DNA of 64,000 nt. Source: Phormidium sp. (GTDB taxonomy: Bacteria; Cyanobacteriota; Cyanobacteriia; Cyanobacteriales; Aerosakkonemataceae). The stretch lies in the NCBI GenBank assembly GCA_051013385.1, contig CP143273.1, forward strand, positions 224,001-288,000, written 5' to 3'. How positions within the stretch are numbered: the first letter of the stretch is position 1; each line of letters opens with the position of its first letter. The notes below the pieces were generated by a model. That model was given only the letters and a program-made list of their open reading frames with translations, searched no databases and was not told the DNA's origin. Shown here piece by piece: positions 62,205-64,000 of this stretch. The position numbers were made by a program, and so were the translations under genes.

Positions 62205-63002
62205 TTATAATACTGTCAGTACATCACCCGCACAGATAGCTTTGACAAGCGTAGCTAAATCGTGAGAACGAATCCCACCTGACACTTCTACTACACGCTC
62301 TGGTGTAATTTCTTCCCCCATCAGCGATAATTGAGAAAGCAATTGCAAAGCATCTCTTAATCCACCCCCTGAATATCGTGCAATTAGCTTATTTGCTTCC
62401 TCTGTAATGGCGATCGATTCTTGAACAGCTACTCTTGTCAATTGTTCGACAATTGCCTCCATAGACAGTGCTTTAAAGTTAAACGTTTGACAGCGCGAAC
62501 TAATAGTTGGTAATACCTTATGTGCTTCAGTCGTACAGAGAATAAATACCACATGAGATGGTGGTTATTCGATACATTTGAGCAGGGCATTTTGAGCACT
62601 ACTACTAAGTTGATGACATTCATCTAAAACAAATATGCGATACCGACTCATTGCTGGTGCAAAATTGCTGCGTTCGATTAATTCTCTAGCATCTTCTACC
62701 CCATTATGACTAGCTGCATCAATTTCACTTACATCCAAACTATTGCCTGCATCAATTGCTTTACATGATGCACATTTCTGGCAAGGATTTGCTGTCGTCA
62801 CTGGCGAATTAAGACAATTTAACGATTTGGCTAGAATGCGTGCTGTGGAAGTTTTACCTGTTCCTCTTGGCCCAGTAAACAAATAAGCTGGGGCAATTTT
62901 AGCCGAAGTTACTGCATTTGTTATGGCAATTTTGATGGGTTCTTGACCTACTAAACTTGCCAGGTTTTTTGGTCGATATTTGAGTGATAATGGTTGGTGC
63001 AT
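62205..63002 (-). pseudogene. dnaX: DNA polymerase III gamma/tau pseudogene
   Basis: KYRP, GPRGTGKT, EIDAAS, DECH, SRC; in-frame TAA at 62565; truncated at about 265 codons. Confidence 0.88.
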
Positions 63003-63057
63003 TATTTCAGTTTTTCACAAAAGTTCCCAGAGAATCCCCGCTAGGGGAAGGAGGAAT

Positions 63058-63993
63058 ATGTCTAAACAACGCGATGATTATGATAATCCTTGGAAAGAAG
63101 CTATCGCTGTTTACTTTAAATCTTTTATTGCTTTCTTTTTCCCTGATATCTACGAACAAATAGACTGGAAAATCCCTCACGAATTTTTAGATAACGAACT
63201 CAGACAAGTGATGCGGGATGACGAATTAGGACAGTGAGAAGCTGACAAATTAGTTAAAGTTTGGTTAACTAACGGTCAGGAAACTTGGGTATTGATTCAT
63301 TTAGAAGTGCAAAGTCAATACCAATCAACTTTTGCGGAAAGAATGTATGTTTACAACAGTCGCATTTTTGGTATTTACCGGAAAAAAGTGGCGAGTTTAG
63401 CTATTTTAGCCGACTCAGAAAAATCTTGGCGACCCCAAGAGTACAGCTATGAAATCTGGGGAACTAGGGTTTTGTTAAGGTTTTCGATGGTCAAGTTGCT
63501 AGACTATCAGCAGGACTGGCAAACTTTAGAAGCAAGTACTAACCCTTTCGCTCCTCTCGTTATGGCACATTTGAAAACTCAAGCGACAGGTGGAAAACCT
63601 CAAGAGCGGTTGGAGTGGAAATTGAGCATTGTCAAGAGTCTGTTTGAACGAGGTTATAATCGGGCTGAAATCCGTGAATTATTTCGATTAATTGATTGGA
63701 TGATGATATTGCCAGGAGATTTGGAAAGTGGGTTTACTCAAGAAATCAAACGTTTTGAGGAGGAAAATAAAATGCGTTATGCTACCACGCCTGAGCGTTT
63801 AATTGGGTATGAGTATATAACTGAAGTTCTGAAAATTCGGTTTGGAGAAGTACCAAAAGAGTTGGTCGATAGCATTACTGATGTACTAGATTCTGACTTA
63901 CTGAAAACGCTGCATAGGGAAGCTGTTACCGTTGAATCCTTATCTGATTTTCAGCAATTTATCGCTCAGTTCAATCTGCCTAGAAGAGAATAA
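63058..63993 (+). pseudogene. Rpn-like PD-(D/E)XK gene with nonsense codon
   Basis: DYDNPWKEAI...ADKLVKV...IHLEVQSQ; in-frame TGA at 63235. Confidence 0.85.
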
Positions 63994-64000
63994 TTATTGA

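Overview
Cyanobacterial chromosome segment, most like a filamentous Oscillatoriales-type genome (frequent HIP1 GCGATCGC sites, petB-petD, pentapeptide proteins, many STRR/REP-like repeats). About 1-57 kb is mostly housekeeping and signalling genes (tyrA, petBD, valS, surE, pheS, recQ, leuA, fabG, thioredoxin, HtrA protease, an OmpR/histidine kinase pair), interspersed with accessory genes (GxxExxY, DUF29, Rpn-family, HTH-NB-ARC-TPR, BrnTA) and many miniature inverted-repeat elements. It contains one complete group II intron (51004-53563) with an RT/maturase/HNH ORF. From about 58 kb to the end lies a decayed plasmid-like mosaic of gene fragments and nonsense pseudogenes. Best leads: (i) a GxxExxY nuclease gene bracketed by a perfect 32-bp inverted repeat, with related 9/10-nt-period repeats scattered over 20-40 kb; (ii) a CHASE2-Ser/Thr kinase / FecR-polyproline / outer-membrane barrel locus resembling a trans-envelope signalling system; (iii) MITEs that appear built from interchangeable terminal repeats and internal cargo; (iv) a spare Rpn small-antitoxin cassette; (v) a promoter element shared by two small genes flanking a STAND regulator. 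Product calls come from motif recognition only; no database searches were run.
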